Part shown: positions 10,602 through 24,410 of the stretch, one piece after another
How the letters are laid out: each line of letters begins with the position of its first letter
Numbering within the stretch: the stretch's first letter is position 1
Source of the DNA: Eledone cirrhosa
Taxonomy: Eukaryota
DNA: 64,000 nt
NCBI GenBank assembly: GCA_964016885.1
Contig: OZ024740.1
Coordinates: forward strand, 202,306,001-202,370,000
Direction: 5' to 3'
Made by a program: the position numbers and the translations under genes
Notes under the pieces: model-generated
The model's input: the letters and a program-made list of their open reading frames with translations, nothing else
What the model was told of the DNA's origin: nothing
The model's database searches: none

Positions 10602-12467
10602 GTGTGGATGGGGGGGGGGGGATTTCCCTCTGCAGTGGGGTGCCCCAACAGCGACGATCGTAGCAATTTATCTGTGCCCTCAGCTGGGCTTTTTAGTTTT
10701 AGAACTGTGAGGATTGGTGTTATGCTGTACTGGTGAAGTTATTTCTTAGTGAATATTCTCACCATCACTGTACACCCCCCACCTATAATCTATCCGGGAC
10801 TAAGTCAACCCCTCTCCCACTCTACTCAGGATCACCTCCTTCTTTAAGATTCTGACACACCAGTGATGCTCCTCTCCCATCTTAGAAGCTCTTATCATCA
10901 CAGTACCTCCCATACTATAGGAGCTCAACCCCTCCATTCTATCAAATCCCACCTCTTGCCATACACCCATGGCATCATAATTATCATCTACCCACCGTAG
11001 GGTAAAGCGGGCTCTCAGTGGTTTCCATTAGGAGAGGCATCCAGCTGTAGAAACCATGCCAGATATGGAATGTATAAACAAGACATTCCCCAGCCAGTCT
11101 TGTTACAGACCTTCACAACTTGTCCAGCCCATACCAACTTAGAAAATGGATATGAATTGTTGTTGATGATTTTTGTGTGTTTTTTAAAGTAATATTTTGC
11201 CTTTGTTTCACTCAGAAATACTCTTACATATTAATGTTTTGTCCCCTTCCTGTTGACACTTTAAGATGATTAACTGGGAGAGATAAGTGACAAGAGATAA
11301 TCCAGATGCTATTGTCACTTATATACAGATAATCTAATATACTTTAATCTGAATAATAATTGTCTAACTTCCTGGTTTTCTGAGAAAGAGCGGAACAAAA
11401 TCAAGCTCACTTTAATCCTTCTTAACAAAAATTTCAAGGGCTCTAAGCATTGTATTGATTTAGAATAAGGTCGTTAAATCTCAGATTAAGGTCCATATTG
11501 GAACCTTCTTATTTTTTTACAGAATTTATCATTCTGTTTTCATAGTTGATCATATTGATGCCTAGTTATACGACTAAATCCTTATAAATTAATGGTTATT
11601 TTCAAGATGTTTGAAAATAATTAGTTTCTTTCATTAGAAATATGGTAACAGAAGGGTTACACACATCTGATGATGAGTGTTCCAATTCAATTGATGGTAC
11701 AGCCTGCTCATGAAATTAACGTATAAGCCTTCCATAGACATGTGCACCCTTAACATAGTTCTCAGGGAGATTCAGCAGATACAATGTGTGACAACACTGA
11801 CCCCTTAAATTTACAGGTACAACCCAATTTTGTCTGTTAAGTGGACTGGAACAATATGAAATAAAGTGTTGTGTTCAAGTAGATAAAAAGCTGCCTGATT
11901 TGTGATTTGAACTCATGATCTTACATTCATGAGCCGAATACCCTAATCACTAAGCCACATGCCTTCGCTAGAGTTATTTTACTAAACTTGTTTGTCTCAT
12001 TTTATTCACAGAAGTTGGTGATCAGAACATAATTTAACCCTTTAGCATTTACATTACTTTATATTTACTATTATATTTTCATGGTAAAGGCTTTATCTCA
12101 TATAATATCTCGCATAATATTGAATCTATGAGATTTTGATATTATTTATTTTGAGAACAATACCTTAACATCAGCATGAGCAGCCGGTTACAACCAGTTT
12201 GAACAGAAAGAGGTGAGAGAATTCTGGCTGGATATGGTTAACAAAACTTCTGACACAAGTATAATGGAAGGGAAGATGTTTAGATTAATATAAACATTCT
12301 AAAATGTATAGTTTTGTATTGTAGAACAAGTGGAAGTTTCAGGTTATTAGGTATCAAAACATTAAATGCTGTTTTGTCTTATTCTATCCACAGAATGTTT
12401 TCTTCAAAAACATATTACAATTAGAATTATTGTATTAAATATGATTTGTTTTATATTCTCCTTGCAG

Positions 12468-12842
12468 CTAAATATACTTCTACCTCGTCTCGCCAATTAT
12501 GATGTCTGTCCTGAAATTCCGGCAAATGGCTACCGAAGTTTACTTATGGTTATACAGAAATGTAGTCTCCACTTGTTACAACTGAGTCGCCATATTATGA
12601 TAAATAGGAACTGTGTTCTCTTCCGTATTGTTCACTATACACGAGAACTGGAATCTTATGTTACTGTTCTTGGACAGCTACGAGCTTGTTTGTATTTCTC
12701 ATGTCGGCTAATGAATTATTGTCCAAAAGATTCTTTGTTCATTGACAAGGATCTCCTAGAAGATCCAATTGCCTTTAGACTTTTGAAAGAATTTGATTCC
12801 CTCGGTCAAGACTGTTTTTATGGACGCTGCCTTGGATTTCAG
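12468..12842 (+). CDS. LIPE: Hormone-sensitive lipase, coding exon (HSL N-terminal domain)
   Basis: Acceptor ttctccttgcag, donor cag|gtaaat, 375 nt, phase 0-0. Translates LNILLPRLANYDVCPEIPANGYRSL...QDCFYGRCLGFQ, matching the HSL_N motifs PANGYRSL and CFYGRCLGFQF. Confidence 0.95.
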
Positions 12843-13099
12843 GTAAATATTGGTTTTGTTCATATTTCTGGTTGTTGTTGCTGCTTCTGCTTTTGTTGTT
12901 TAGCTCCAGATCAATTCTGATCAAGTAGACCTAAAATCGGAAACTTTCCAATCATGACCATCTTATCTTTTTCATATGTGCAAAAAATCAGGAGAATATT
13001 ATCCAATGTTATATACATTTTTTTAAGATGATGGGTTGTTATTTGAGGAAGATTTGGCCATTATTTCTACATATTTTGGTGACAGAGAGTCACAATTGG

Positions 13100-13330
13100 A
13101 GAACTCTATCTGGATAATCCTCCCATGTCGGATATTGTTTGTCTAAGAAAGATGCATTTTGCGGGACATTGTTACAGAATAAAAAACAAGTGTGTCGGCC
13201 GTGTTCTTTTATCGAAGCCTGCACACGTTCATAGAAGTAGAGGTCGTCCTGCAACAATGTTTCTGGATATGCTATGTGTTGACACGGGAGGAAATTTAAC
13301 AGATCTTGGAGTAATAAGCTAGATCGAAAT
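13100..13330 (+). mobile_element. Decayed RTE/RTE-X 3' fragment
   Basis: RKMHFAGHCYR...KPAHVHRSRGRPAT. Confidence 0.6.
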
Positions 13331-15540
13331 AAATGGTAAGAGTGCTGTTCATTGGATCGAGGAAACTCAACTTGTGAGTGAGTGAGTAATTCAATAAACT
13401 CATTATTTATCTAAAGTTTGGAACACTACTTAACAGAGGTTCCTACATAAAATTATGATAGAAGGGTTTTAGATAAATATAAACACTTTAAAATAAGCAG
13501 TTTTGTATCATGAACCAGGGGAAGTTGTATGTGGAGTGATATCAAGAAGTTAAGGCTGTTTATGAAGATGTCAACATCATGGTAACTCTCACATCAGATG
13601 TTGATATTGTAGTTGCTTTTATCATCTAAATTAATATTTTATTAGTTGAAAGGCCTCTCTCAATCACATCTGCTTTGGAATAAGGCGATGTCACTAATGC
13701 TGGTGTCACTATAAAATGCACCTAGTATACTCTGTAAAGTGCCAGGGCTGGTGTCACAATAACATTTTAACCAGTACACTTTCTAAAGTGATAGTGCTGG
13801 TGCCATGATAAAATTCACTCAGTACACTTTATACAGTAGTTGACATTAGGAAGGGCATGTAGCTGTAGAAATCTTGCCCCAAAACAGAACATATGGGCAT
13901 GGTGTGGTCCCCTGCCATGTTTAATATCAGACCATACCAACCAATTTAACCTATGCCAGCATGGAAAACAACTGTAAAAAAGTGATAACAATGATGATGA
14001 TGATGATAGGTAAAGATAATTAAAGAAAGGGTACCAGTTTAAAAAAGATATGTAATTGTCTAGAGCTTGAGGGTGAATGACATAGAAACATTTGTACACC
14101 TGTTCATACCCCCCCCCCCCCCCCTCACCAATTCTTCTAATCCTGCCAGGGATAGTCTACAATTTTTTACACCTTTACATCTCAATTGCTGTTCTATATA
14201 TAATCAGTAAAAATATCTTTGAGTTGGTTCTACTTTGGCAAGCTCCTGTATACTTTGATTCATGTTTAGTTCTGTTCTGTTCTGATGGAATAAGTTGTTT
14301 ACTCATGTGAACAAGATGGTTTCATGTAGAAATAGTTTCATACAAGACCACAACACTAAAACACTGACGTCAGTGGCTTTTATGTTTCACATAAACTAAT
14401 ACGCTAATTTAGTAATTAGTGTTGTAACAGTTAATTACTACTACTATCACTGCCACCACTACCACTACTACTACTACTACTACACAGTTGGTTATACTGT
14501 GATAACAGTAAAGTCAATTATTGATTTAAAGATATTCACCTCTCTCTCTTTCCTCCTCTCTCTTATATATATATATATATTGGTAGTGCTGATGCCATCA
14601 TAAAATATACCTAGTACACTCTGTCAAGTGGTAGTGCTGATGCCATAGTAAAATTCACTTTGTAAAGTAATAGTGACAGTGCCATGATAAAATTACACCC
14701 AGTTTGAATTCTGCATAAATTCTTCTGAATTGACCAAATCTCTTGATATTACAAAGAAAATTAAAAACTTTGTCTTTGTCTTAGAAATAACACTTGGAAT
14801 TCCTGTTGTCAAGGGAGAGTTCTTTTAAGTTTTCTATTTTCTCAATATTTCAACTCCGCCAATATTTTAAATTCTTCTCTATTTAAAATTCTCTATTAAA
14901 TTCTATGCTATTTAATGAAACTGGGTAGATGGAAATAGTTTGGAAGCCCATCAAATGGATTGTATGTGTAATTCAAAAAGACAGCCATGTCACACACTGT
15001 GTAATGCTGAATTTATTAAAGGTACACACGTCTGTAGGTTTCTCAGCCATTTACACATTAATTCCAATAGCAGGCTGTCCTGTTGATTCAACAACTAGAA
15101 TACTCATCATCGAAACTGACTGAGATCCATTCCAGTTTTTCTACACTACTTAAAATTTTCTCCTATTAAATTTTAAGCCATTTTTTGTATGTCTATTAAT
15201 TAATTTACAGTAAGTTTGTTAATTATAATAAATCTGTTGATTTCTTCTCCTCCTCAAGAGGGTTGTAGGGGTAAAGTCCTCAAACACTCCTTCCAGTGGG
15301 TCCTGTCAGAAGCAACCATCTCCAACTGATCCGGCTGGATCCCCAAGTGAGACCAGCCAAGCTCATGGATGTTATTTAACTATCTTACTTGGGCTCTAGC
15401 CCCTGGGCCTCCTGCTGGATGGTTTTGCCCGAAAAATCTGTTCAGTGATTCTATCCTGATACATGTTAACCACATTCCCACATGTTCATTACTATAAGTT
15501 TCAAATTGACCCAACATTTTAAATCTGGCCTGGATTTGGT

Positions 15541-15672
15541 GGTAGTGGTGGTGTACATTTTACACCCGACTAACACCTGTTACAGGTAGTGGTGGTGTAC
15601 ATTTTACACCTGACTAACACCTGTTACAGGTAGTGGTGGTGTACATTTTACACCTGACTAACACCTGTTACC
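15541..15672. repeat. 44-bp tandem repeat x3
   Basis: ggtagtggtggtgtacattttacacctgactaacacctgttaca. Confidence 0.9.
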
Positions 15673-18004
15673 ACCTTTGGGTCCTGTCTATGACATAATT
15701 CATAACACTTTCTCCTTTGATTTCATTATTTTCTTGGCAGATTGGCAGTATCAGTACAGGGTCAGACGCCATGCTTTGCAGCATGGAGATATGGCCCTTT
15801 GCAGTCTGAGTTCAAATCCAGCCAAGGTCAACTTTGCTTTCATCCTTACGGGGTTGATAAAATAAAGTAATGTACTGGGATAATTGCTGGCCTTGTGCCA
15901 AAAGTAGAAACAATTATTTTCTTGTTCCTCTATTTCTTAGTTCACTATTTCTTCTGATCTCCTGTTTCTGTCAGCTTATCTCTTGGTTGTTGCCACCTTA
16001 CTCTGCACAACCTTGCTACGTAACAATCTGGCTGTATTGTTGTTCTGTCTTGACCTGAACTATTTTGTAAACCAGTAAAAACCTTACTCAAACTCTAGAT
16101 ATTTTCTAAACTAACAGAAAGCCCACCCACACAACTCTAGATATTTTTTAAACCAGTTGAAACCTCAACCACATCCACATCCTATCAAAAGATAAGAGTG
16201 CTTGAGACCTGACCATATTTAGGATATAATGGACTTTCATTGGTTTTGATGATCAATGTTTCAACTGTTTAATCAAGAGAGCAGCTTGCTCATGAAATTA
16301 AAGTGCAAGTGGCTGAGCTTTCCACAAATAAATGTGCTTTTAATGTAATCATCATGGAGATTCAGCATGACTTAGTGTGAAGTAAGGATGACCCTTTGAA
16401 AATACAGATACAACACATCCCAGTATAGAAAAACAGACATTAAATAATGATAATGATGATGATGATGATGATGTACAATCCATCCATGGGCTTCCAAACA
16501 GTTTCTGTCCACTCAATTTAACTGACAAGGCTTGGGTTGAACTGAAGCCACATTAAATGACACGTGCTCAAGATATCACACAGTGGATCTAATGATTGCT
16601 AAGCAAACTTCTTAACCATTTGGCCATGTTGCATCCACCCTGAACTAGTTATTTTCTAAATCAGTAAGCACCTGCTGAGTCAAAAGATAAGAGTGTTGAT
16701 CTATTTATTTTCTAAACCAATAGAACCCCAGCCTAGACTATCATGAGATAAGAAAGTGTCTGAGACCTGTATGGTTGCTGTGAAATGGGAAAATATTTGA
16801 AGTAAGTGTGAGAAGTGATAGAGTTTTACATAACAAAAAAGAATGAAGTTTAAGAAGGAAAGGAGTGGATTGTCAGATCTGGTCTTTCCATTGCTGATAA
16901 TATCTGCCAGTTATAACTCTTGGCAGAAGGAGGTGGGAATTGAATTCAGAATGCTCAGAACCAGACCAGATATGCAAAGCATCCTGTCTGACTCTTTAAC
17001 AATTCTTCTAATCCATCGCTCCTTAATTAGTACTTTATTTATTGACCCTGAAAAGATGAAAGGCAAAGTTGACCTCAGAGCCCAGTAAGCTGGAACTAAC
17101 ACAGACATTTAATCCAACATCCTTACAACTCTGCCAATTTGCCACCAAACATTTACAGACCTTGTGCCATAGTCTCCAGTTGTTATAAATAACACTACAT
17201 ATTATATAATATGAAGGCTTATGGCCTAGTGATTAGGGTGTTGGGCTCATAATTATAAGGTTGTGTGTTCTATCATAGTTTAGGAAAAGAAACAGAATGT
17301 TAATGATGTGAATGAGAAGTTGGTACACAGGGTAGGATCACATCCAATTGCCTCATAGAGTTGTTGAAGAGGGATTTTTGATGGTTTCTTTTCTATACTT
17401 CACACAAAATAATGATACACATTTCATATTGTGTAATTAAATGCAGACATAGCTGTGTGATTAAGAAGTTTGCTTCACAACCATGTAGTTTCAGGTATAC
17501 TCCCACTGCATGACACTTACCCATAAGTGGGATTTGGTAAATCTCAGTGGAAGGAAGGAAACTATAGTAGAGGGAGGCCAAGGAAGACCTGGGAAGAGGT
17601 TGTAAGAGCTAATCTCAAATCACTGAAGCTCACAGTTGAGATGAAGGACCATGACGAGTGGAGAGATGCTGTACTGGAAAAGACCTGTCCAACCCATACA
17701 AGCATCGAAAAATGGATGTAAGACAGTGTTAGCAATGAGGTGTTTGTCTTCATGCCTGTGCTTATTTCCCATAACTCTGTGGTTTGACAAAAAATGTTTG
17801 ATAAGATATGTAGCAAATTAGAAAAAAATAAGTACAGGGATTGATATGAGCGACTAAATCCCTTTAAAGCAGTGCTCTAGCATGGCCATAGTCTAATGAC
17901 TAAAAACTGCAATAGAATAAAAGATTAAAAGAACCTGAAACTAACATTGAAAGCTATAAATATTGATACATAAGCCCTACATGTTGTAAGTGGTGTCATC
18001 ATTT

Positions 18005-18600
18005 TACATCTGCATGTTTTCCATGGCTGAATGCCCTTCCTAATGACAACTGTCTTATGCAGTGTACTGGGTGCATTTTTTGTGGCACCAACACTAACAC
18101 TTTACAGGGTGTACTGGGGGCATATTATCATCGTACCAACACTAACACTTTACAAACCATATTGGGTCCCTTTTATTGTGGCACCAACACTAACACTTTA
18201 CAGGGTGTATTGGGTACATTTTATCATGGCACCAACACAAATTCTTTACTAGGTGCAATTTGTCATAATACTAACACTACGTGTACTGGATGCATTTATT
18301 GTGGTACCAACACTATCACCTTACTGGATCTACTGAGTGCATTTTATCATGGTACTAACATTACTACTTTACAGAGTGTACTGGGTGTACTTTTTCATGA
18401 TACCAGCACTAACAATTTACAGAGGGTACTGGATGTATTTTATTGTACCATACCACTTTACAGAGGGTACTGGGTGTATTTTATTGTACCACGCATGCTA
18501 CCACTTTACAGAGGGTACTGGGTGTATTTTATTGTACCATGTGTACTGCCACTTTACAGAGGGTACTGGGTGTATTTTATTGTGACACCAGCTGTACAGT
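18005..18600 (-). repeat. Degenerate minisatellite of the same SINE module
   Basis: Repeated tttacagagggtactgggtgtattttattgtacca; this explains the overlapping spurious ORFs. Confidence 0.8.
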
Positions 18601-18633
18601 TACTATAATATAGATTATTATTTCTATTTCCAG

Positions 18634-18789
18634 TTTTGTGAGTCAATGCGGAAACCACTGTTGTGTGTAGTTGTGGCTCTGGCTTCGTTCAGTGAAGGGT
18701 ACAACGAGACAAGTAACTTTATGAAGTTTGCCTACTCTGTATTGAGTACTGGCAAGTATTTGTTGGATCCAGAGCTGAGGGCACGTCAG
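18634..18789 (+). CDS. LIPE: Hormone-sensitive lipase, coding exon
   Basis: tttctatttccag acceptor, cag|gtatgt donor, 156 nt. FCESMRKPLLCVVVALASFSEGY...STGKYLLDPELRARQ continues the previous exon in frame; DPELR is an HSL motif. Confidence 0.93.
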
Positions 18790-19754
18790 GTATGTAGTCA
18801 TTATTACTACAACGGTAATGTCATCATTGCCATCATCTTCATTATAACATCATAAACATCATCATCATCATCATCACACCACTAGCACCATAATCATCAT
18901 TACACTACTACCTCCATCATCATCAGCAGCATCATCTTGATTATAAGATCATAAACATCACTAATCATCATCATCATCACACCACCGCCACCATAATCAT
19001 CCTCATCACACTGCTACCAACATCATTACATTATCATCATCACCATCACCACCATCATCATTGTCAATATCATCTTAATCATACAATCATAAACATCATT
19101 GTCATCACCACCATCATCATCATCATCATCATCATCACCTTAATCTTACATTCTGAGTTCAAATCCCGCTGAGGTTAGCTCTGCTTTTCATCCTTACAGA
19201 GTCAATAAAATAAAGTACCAGTAATTGCTGGCCTTGTGCTAAAAGTAGAAACAATTATCATCATCATCATCATCATATTATTATTGTTATCATCATTATC
19301 ATCACCACCATCATTCTTATCATCATCATCATCATCATCATCACCTAAATTATAACATGGAGAGATGCTGTGCTGAATGGGACCCGTCCCACCCTTGCAA
19401 GCAGGGAAAAGCGGACATAAAATGATGATGATGATGACAATCATCATCAACATAATAATAATAATCATATTATCTTGCCTTTCATCCTTACGGGGTCGAT
19501 AAAATAAAGTACCAGTAATGTACTGGGTAATTGCTGGCTTTGTGCCTAAAGTAGAAACAATTATTGTTATCATCGCTATCATTATTATTATCATCAAAAT
19601 AATGATATATCAATATCGTCGTCGTCGGCGTCGGCGGCGGCGGCGGCTAAAGCAATATATTAAATACCTTGTGGTGTTTATTCTGGCTCACTGACTCTGA
19701 GTTCAAAACCTTGGTGAGGTCAAATGTCCTAATCTCTAGTTGTCTTGTTACCAG

Positions 19755-19832
19755 GTGGTCCATGTTGCTAGAAGTGCCGACATTCAGTTCTGTAAATCCT
19801 TTTGGTCACTCCTTGAGACTGATATTTCTTCA
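19755..19832 (+). CDS. LIPE: Hormone-sensitive lipase, coding exon (not in ORF track)
   Basis: cttgttaccag acceptor, tca|gtaagt donor, 78 nt. VVHVARSADIQFCKSFWSLLETDISS corresponds to HSL 'DVHFWKAFWNITE'. Confidence 0.92.
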
Positions 19833-21383
19833 GTAAGTATTTCCAAATTCTCTACTTTGTACCCAACCCACTAAAAAAACACATTAAGGAACATTTTTGA
19901 AAATTTTTTTTAAAGATGTTCTTTTGTATTACTGTTTTGTATATTTTCCAGCATTATCTGTGTGTGTGTGTGTGTGTTGATGAAAATATGCCTGTAGTTA
20001 TGTGTGGGGTAATTCACTTGTAGATACATACATAACCAGGCCTGCACAGTGCAGGTAATATGCTCAGACTAAATGTGAAATATAGGTCTACAAAGCTGAT
20101 AATAAACCTAGGTCAGATGTAAAATATAGATCTTCAAAGCTGGTAATATCCCAGGCCAGATGTAAATATAGCCTACCAAAGCTGATAATAAACCCAGACC
20201 AGATGTAAAATATATATGTAGTGTATATCATGTAATTACAAGGGTTATACATGTACATGTCTATATGATGTACTTGCAGAGCTTACATGTACATGTAGGT
20301 GCAGGGTGTGGTGGTTAGCGTGCTGGGCTCATGATCAAAAGGTCATGAGTTCAATTCCCAGGCTGGGCGACACATTGTTTCCTTGAATATGATACTATTT
20401 CATGCTGCTCCAGTCTACTCAGCTGGCAAAAATGTGTTGTGTCTGTAATTCAAGGGCCTAGTCTTGTCTCACATTGTGCCATACTGAATCTCTCTGAGAA
20501 CTACGTTAAGTGTGCACATGTCTGGGGAATGCTCAGCTACTCCCACATTCATTTCATGAGCAGGTAGTTCCATTGATTGAATCAACTGGAGCATTTGTTA
20601 TTGGAAATGACAGAGGTTCAACATATATTGTACATGATGTATATGATGTAATTATTGATGCATATATAGAAGTGCCAAGAAATCCCAGTAGCAGGAAGAT
20701 GCAGTAGAGGAAGATCGGAGGTGGTGAGAGCAGACCTCAGATCGCTGAAACTCACGGAGGAGATGACAAAAGACCTTGACAAGTGGAGAGATGCTGTGCT
20801 GAATAGGACCCCTCCCACCCTTGCAAGCAGGGAAAAGTGAACGTAAAATAATGATGATGATTATATATATATATATATATCTATATATATATATATATAT
20901 ATATGTAGCTGAAGACAAACCTAAATGTGCTTGTGTGTGTACTTTCTTGCATAGATAAACATTGTAAATGAGGTTGGTGCAAGGAAGGGCATCCAGCTGT
21001 AGAAACGTAGCCAAAATCAGTTCTGTATGAGCAAGACATGGCCACCTGACCTGGCATAATTTGGTATGTCACTACAGGACAATTTGTCTAACCCATGCCA
21101 GCATAAAAAAATGGATGTTAAAAGGAGATGATGATGATGATATTTATGTGTGTGTGTGTACTTTCTTGCAGAGATAAACGTTGTATATATTTGTGTTTGT
21201 GTATGTGTATAGATAACTATACTAATATATATGTCTAAATAACTTTGGCAATTTTATTTTTATATGTTTTTGTTTTGTTAATTTTAAAATATGTTTGCCT
21301 TTTGCCAATTTGCTGCCTTGCTGTTACTACTGTTACTGCTGCTGTTGTTGCTGCTGCTGCTACTACTGCTGCTACTACTGCTG

Positions 21384-21435
<52 letters not shown>

Positions 21436-22130
21436 TAACATTTTTACAGTAAAGAAAGGAGAGCAGCGACACTATCTGCGGGCCCCATTCTTGACAGAAG
21501 GAGCAATGCAAAATAAAGTAGTTTACAATGCTGCCCAATCCAGGTCTACTGGACCCACAAAACCTCACTTCAAAATATATAGATCATTGTAAATATTGTA
21601 TATAAATATATATAGTATATATGTACACACATGCCTGTATGTGTCTGTATACATATATACAATATATATTTATGTATATATTGTACATTTTCTCACGAAA
21701 CTGTGACCATAAAAACTAGCATGTGACATTTCTACAAAACCTTAATTCAGAAAATACAGTACAATTAGAGTTGTATGTAAAATTATGGCATGACTTATCT
21801 ACTGGTGTGACTTATATATAAGTAATATATGGTATTTTTTTTTCTTGTAAAATGTTTGGTAATTGAAAATCACAAATGATATATTGTGATTATTCTCTTC
21901 AACCCAAATGGTTTTGTTCTTGTGGTAATGGGAACAATGTGAGTCCAACCTCTCTGCTTCTTAGAAGCAGAACAACAGAGACACTATTGATGTCAGATAA
22001 GAGGAAACTAAAAGCATTGGCTCAATGCAGGGCATTGAACTGTAGAAGATTGCCTCAAAAAAGAATCCATGATACGAAGCTTGTCACGTGACCCACACAT
22101 CTAAACCCAGCTTTAGCAGGGAAGATGGCC

Positions 22131-22341
22131 TTAACTCTTAACATCCTCTAATGATTTAGTAAAAAATGTCTAAAAATGGCTTTGTTAATTCAAATGCTTA
22201 TAGTATCTTTATTTGTGGATAGATCATTGTGAAAATTTTCAGTAAACTAAAGATTTTAATTTTTAATATGATGTAATATAGTGCTTCTCAAAGATGTCTT
22301 TTTAATGCAGTTTCATGTAGTACAAGATGTTAAGAGTTTAA
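22131..22341. mobile_element. TTAA-flanked MITE (third family)
   Basis: ttaa|ctcttaacatc ... gatgttaagag|ttta. Confidence 0.55.
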
Positions 22342-22781
22342 AAGTGGAATTAGTTTTTCTCAATAAGTTCTCCTAAATATTCTTTATTTAAATGATCCTT
22401 TTCTGGCATAAAGTTCCTGAAAGTTTACATTTATGGTCAGATGTATTTCTTTCTCTACAGAACTGGCTGGAAATTATTTCTGTATTTGCATAGTGTTTGA
22501 TAATTTGGTATGTAACTAAGAATTTCCTTTTCACATCTTGGGGTGAGGTAGTACATCTTCATGGTAGAACATCATTCATGGATGCTGATCAGTTCTCATT
22601 AATCAATAACATTTATTTGGAAAGGGATTTCAATTTTCTGAGCATTCTTTTGTCAATGGAATAGTGTTTTGGTTTTACCCTTTTTTTATTTTTTTTAATT
22701 TTTATCTTCTAATGTTGATATGAAGATTTCTTGGTGCAGAGATTGAAAATAAGTTCACTTCTGATTTTGTCTAACCACTCA

Positions 22782-22812
<31 letters not shown>

Positions 22813-22869
22813 CTTTTCGTGATGCTGGCTGAACGCCGCAACTTCAATTTTACTCACTTCCACTCTGAG

Positions 22870-23125
22870 GAGACTCCGATGGTATGGACATGTGATGCGT
22901 ATGGAGGATGACCGATGAGTGAAGAAGTGCCAGTTGAAGGAAGACGTGGTAGAGGTAGACCACGAAAAACATGGGTGGAAGTGGTGAGAGCAGACCTCAG
23001 ATCGCTGAAGCTCACAGTAGAGATGACGAAGGACCATGACAAATGAAGAGATGCTGTGCTGCATAGGACCTGTCCCACCCTTGCAAGCAGGGAAAAGCGG
23101 ACATAAAATGATGATGATGATGATT
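22870..23125 (+). mobile_element. RTE 3' fragment with (TGA)n tail
   Basis: RRLRWYGHVMRM...GRGRPRKTW. Related fragments at 17515-17720, 19360-19440 and 20660-20860 (+), 44290-44650 (-), 49180-49640 (+). Confidence 0.8.
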
Positions 23126-23164
23126 GCTGATGATATATATAATCAAGGCATAAACCACAATCAG

Positions 23165-24410
23165 ATCATGATAATGACCTGCTTTACGATGCATCTGATC
23201 CCTCTTATGCCCAGTTTCTCTCTCAGTTCATTTGTGCTTTGCCATTCATGTATATTATTATTACACATCCATCGAAGCATGCAAGTTTCATTTCTTTCAA
23301 TCTATGCAGGTCCTCTGCACACAGTGTTCAGCTCTCACGACCATGCAACATTGCTATTTGTATACACGCATCATACAATCTGCATTTCATTTTGAAGAAA
23401 AAGCTTTTTGTAACTAGCAGTGGTAGTAGCTCTCTGAACTTCTTCCATCCTGTTCTCACTCTGGCTACTGTACTTTCAGAACACCCACCTCCACTGCTAA
23501 TTTGGTCACCCAGGTAGCAAAGGTTGTCTACTGCTTCTACAGAACCTTCCAAGAATTTTATAGTGCTTGTTTCCTGTGGGTGTTTGCTGCTTACTTCTCC
23601 CATGCAATGGCCACATGTAAAACTTACATTCTTAGCTAAACTATGTGAGATCCCACTACATCTATTGTGTACCCATAGTTTGCATTTGGGACAGAGGTTG
23701 GAAGTTTTACCTATGCCTTTCCTACACACTGAGCATGGTCATTTCCTTGAGTGGATTAGGGCTCTGTTTTCCCTTGTACTTACTAGGACCTTAGTCTTTG
23801 TCAGGTTGACTTTAAGACAATAATAAACAGGAGAGGGCTAAGAACAGAGTCCTGATGGATGCTACCTGCATACTAAATTCTTCACTATAGTCATTGTTAA
23901 TCCTAACTTTGCTGACTGTTCCCCTATACATGGCTTTTACAGCCTTTACAAGCCACTCATCTACTCGTAGTTTTCTAAGAGCACATCAGATTATAACGCA
24001 GAGGACTCTGTCAAAAGCTTTGTCCAGATCAACAAATGCCATTTAGAGCAGCTTACTTTTAGCTAGAAACCTCTCCAGTAGCTGCTTCACAAGGAAGAGA
24101 GCATCTGTGGTACTTTTTCCTGGTACAAATCTGAACTGCATCTCATCTAGATTAATCCGGTCCCTAATCAGCTTTGCTATAACTCTGTTACTTTCATGAC
24201 CTGGTCCATCAACTTTATACCTGTATAGTTTTCTCTACCTAGTGCATCTCCTTTACCCTTGTAGCAGTTGACAATGATGCTGCTGCACCAATTATTTGGT
24301 ATGATGCCATCTAATATTACTTGATTTAAAATATGTGCGGTTATGGTGTGACCTACCGAACCAGATGCTTTCAGCAAATCTACTTGGGGTAGACTATCTT
24401 TCTCTCATGC
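23165..24410 (-). mobile_element. Older RTE LINE RT fragment
   Basis: NCYKGKGDAL, QFRF, VDLDKAFDRV, CRKGIG..CPKCKLWVHNRCSGI, ARVRTGWKKFRELLPLL. Confidence 0.88.

Noticed and set aside
12366-12467. ORF-track ATG as the HSL start
   Set aside because: The segment is intron-like and ends in a polypyrimidine-CAG acceptor; no HSL similarity upstream of 12468.
18031-18608. Overlapping repetitive ORFs (183 aa etc.)
   Set aside because: Read-through of a SINE-derived minisatellite.
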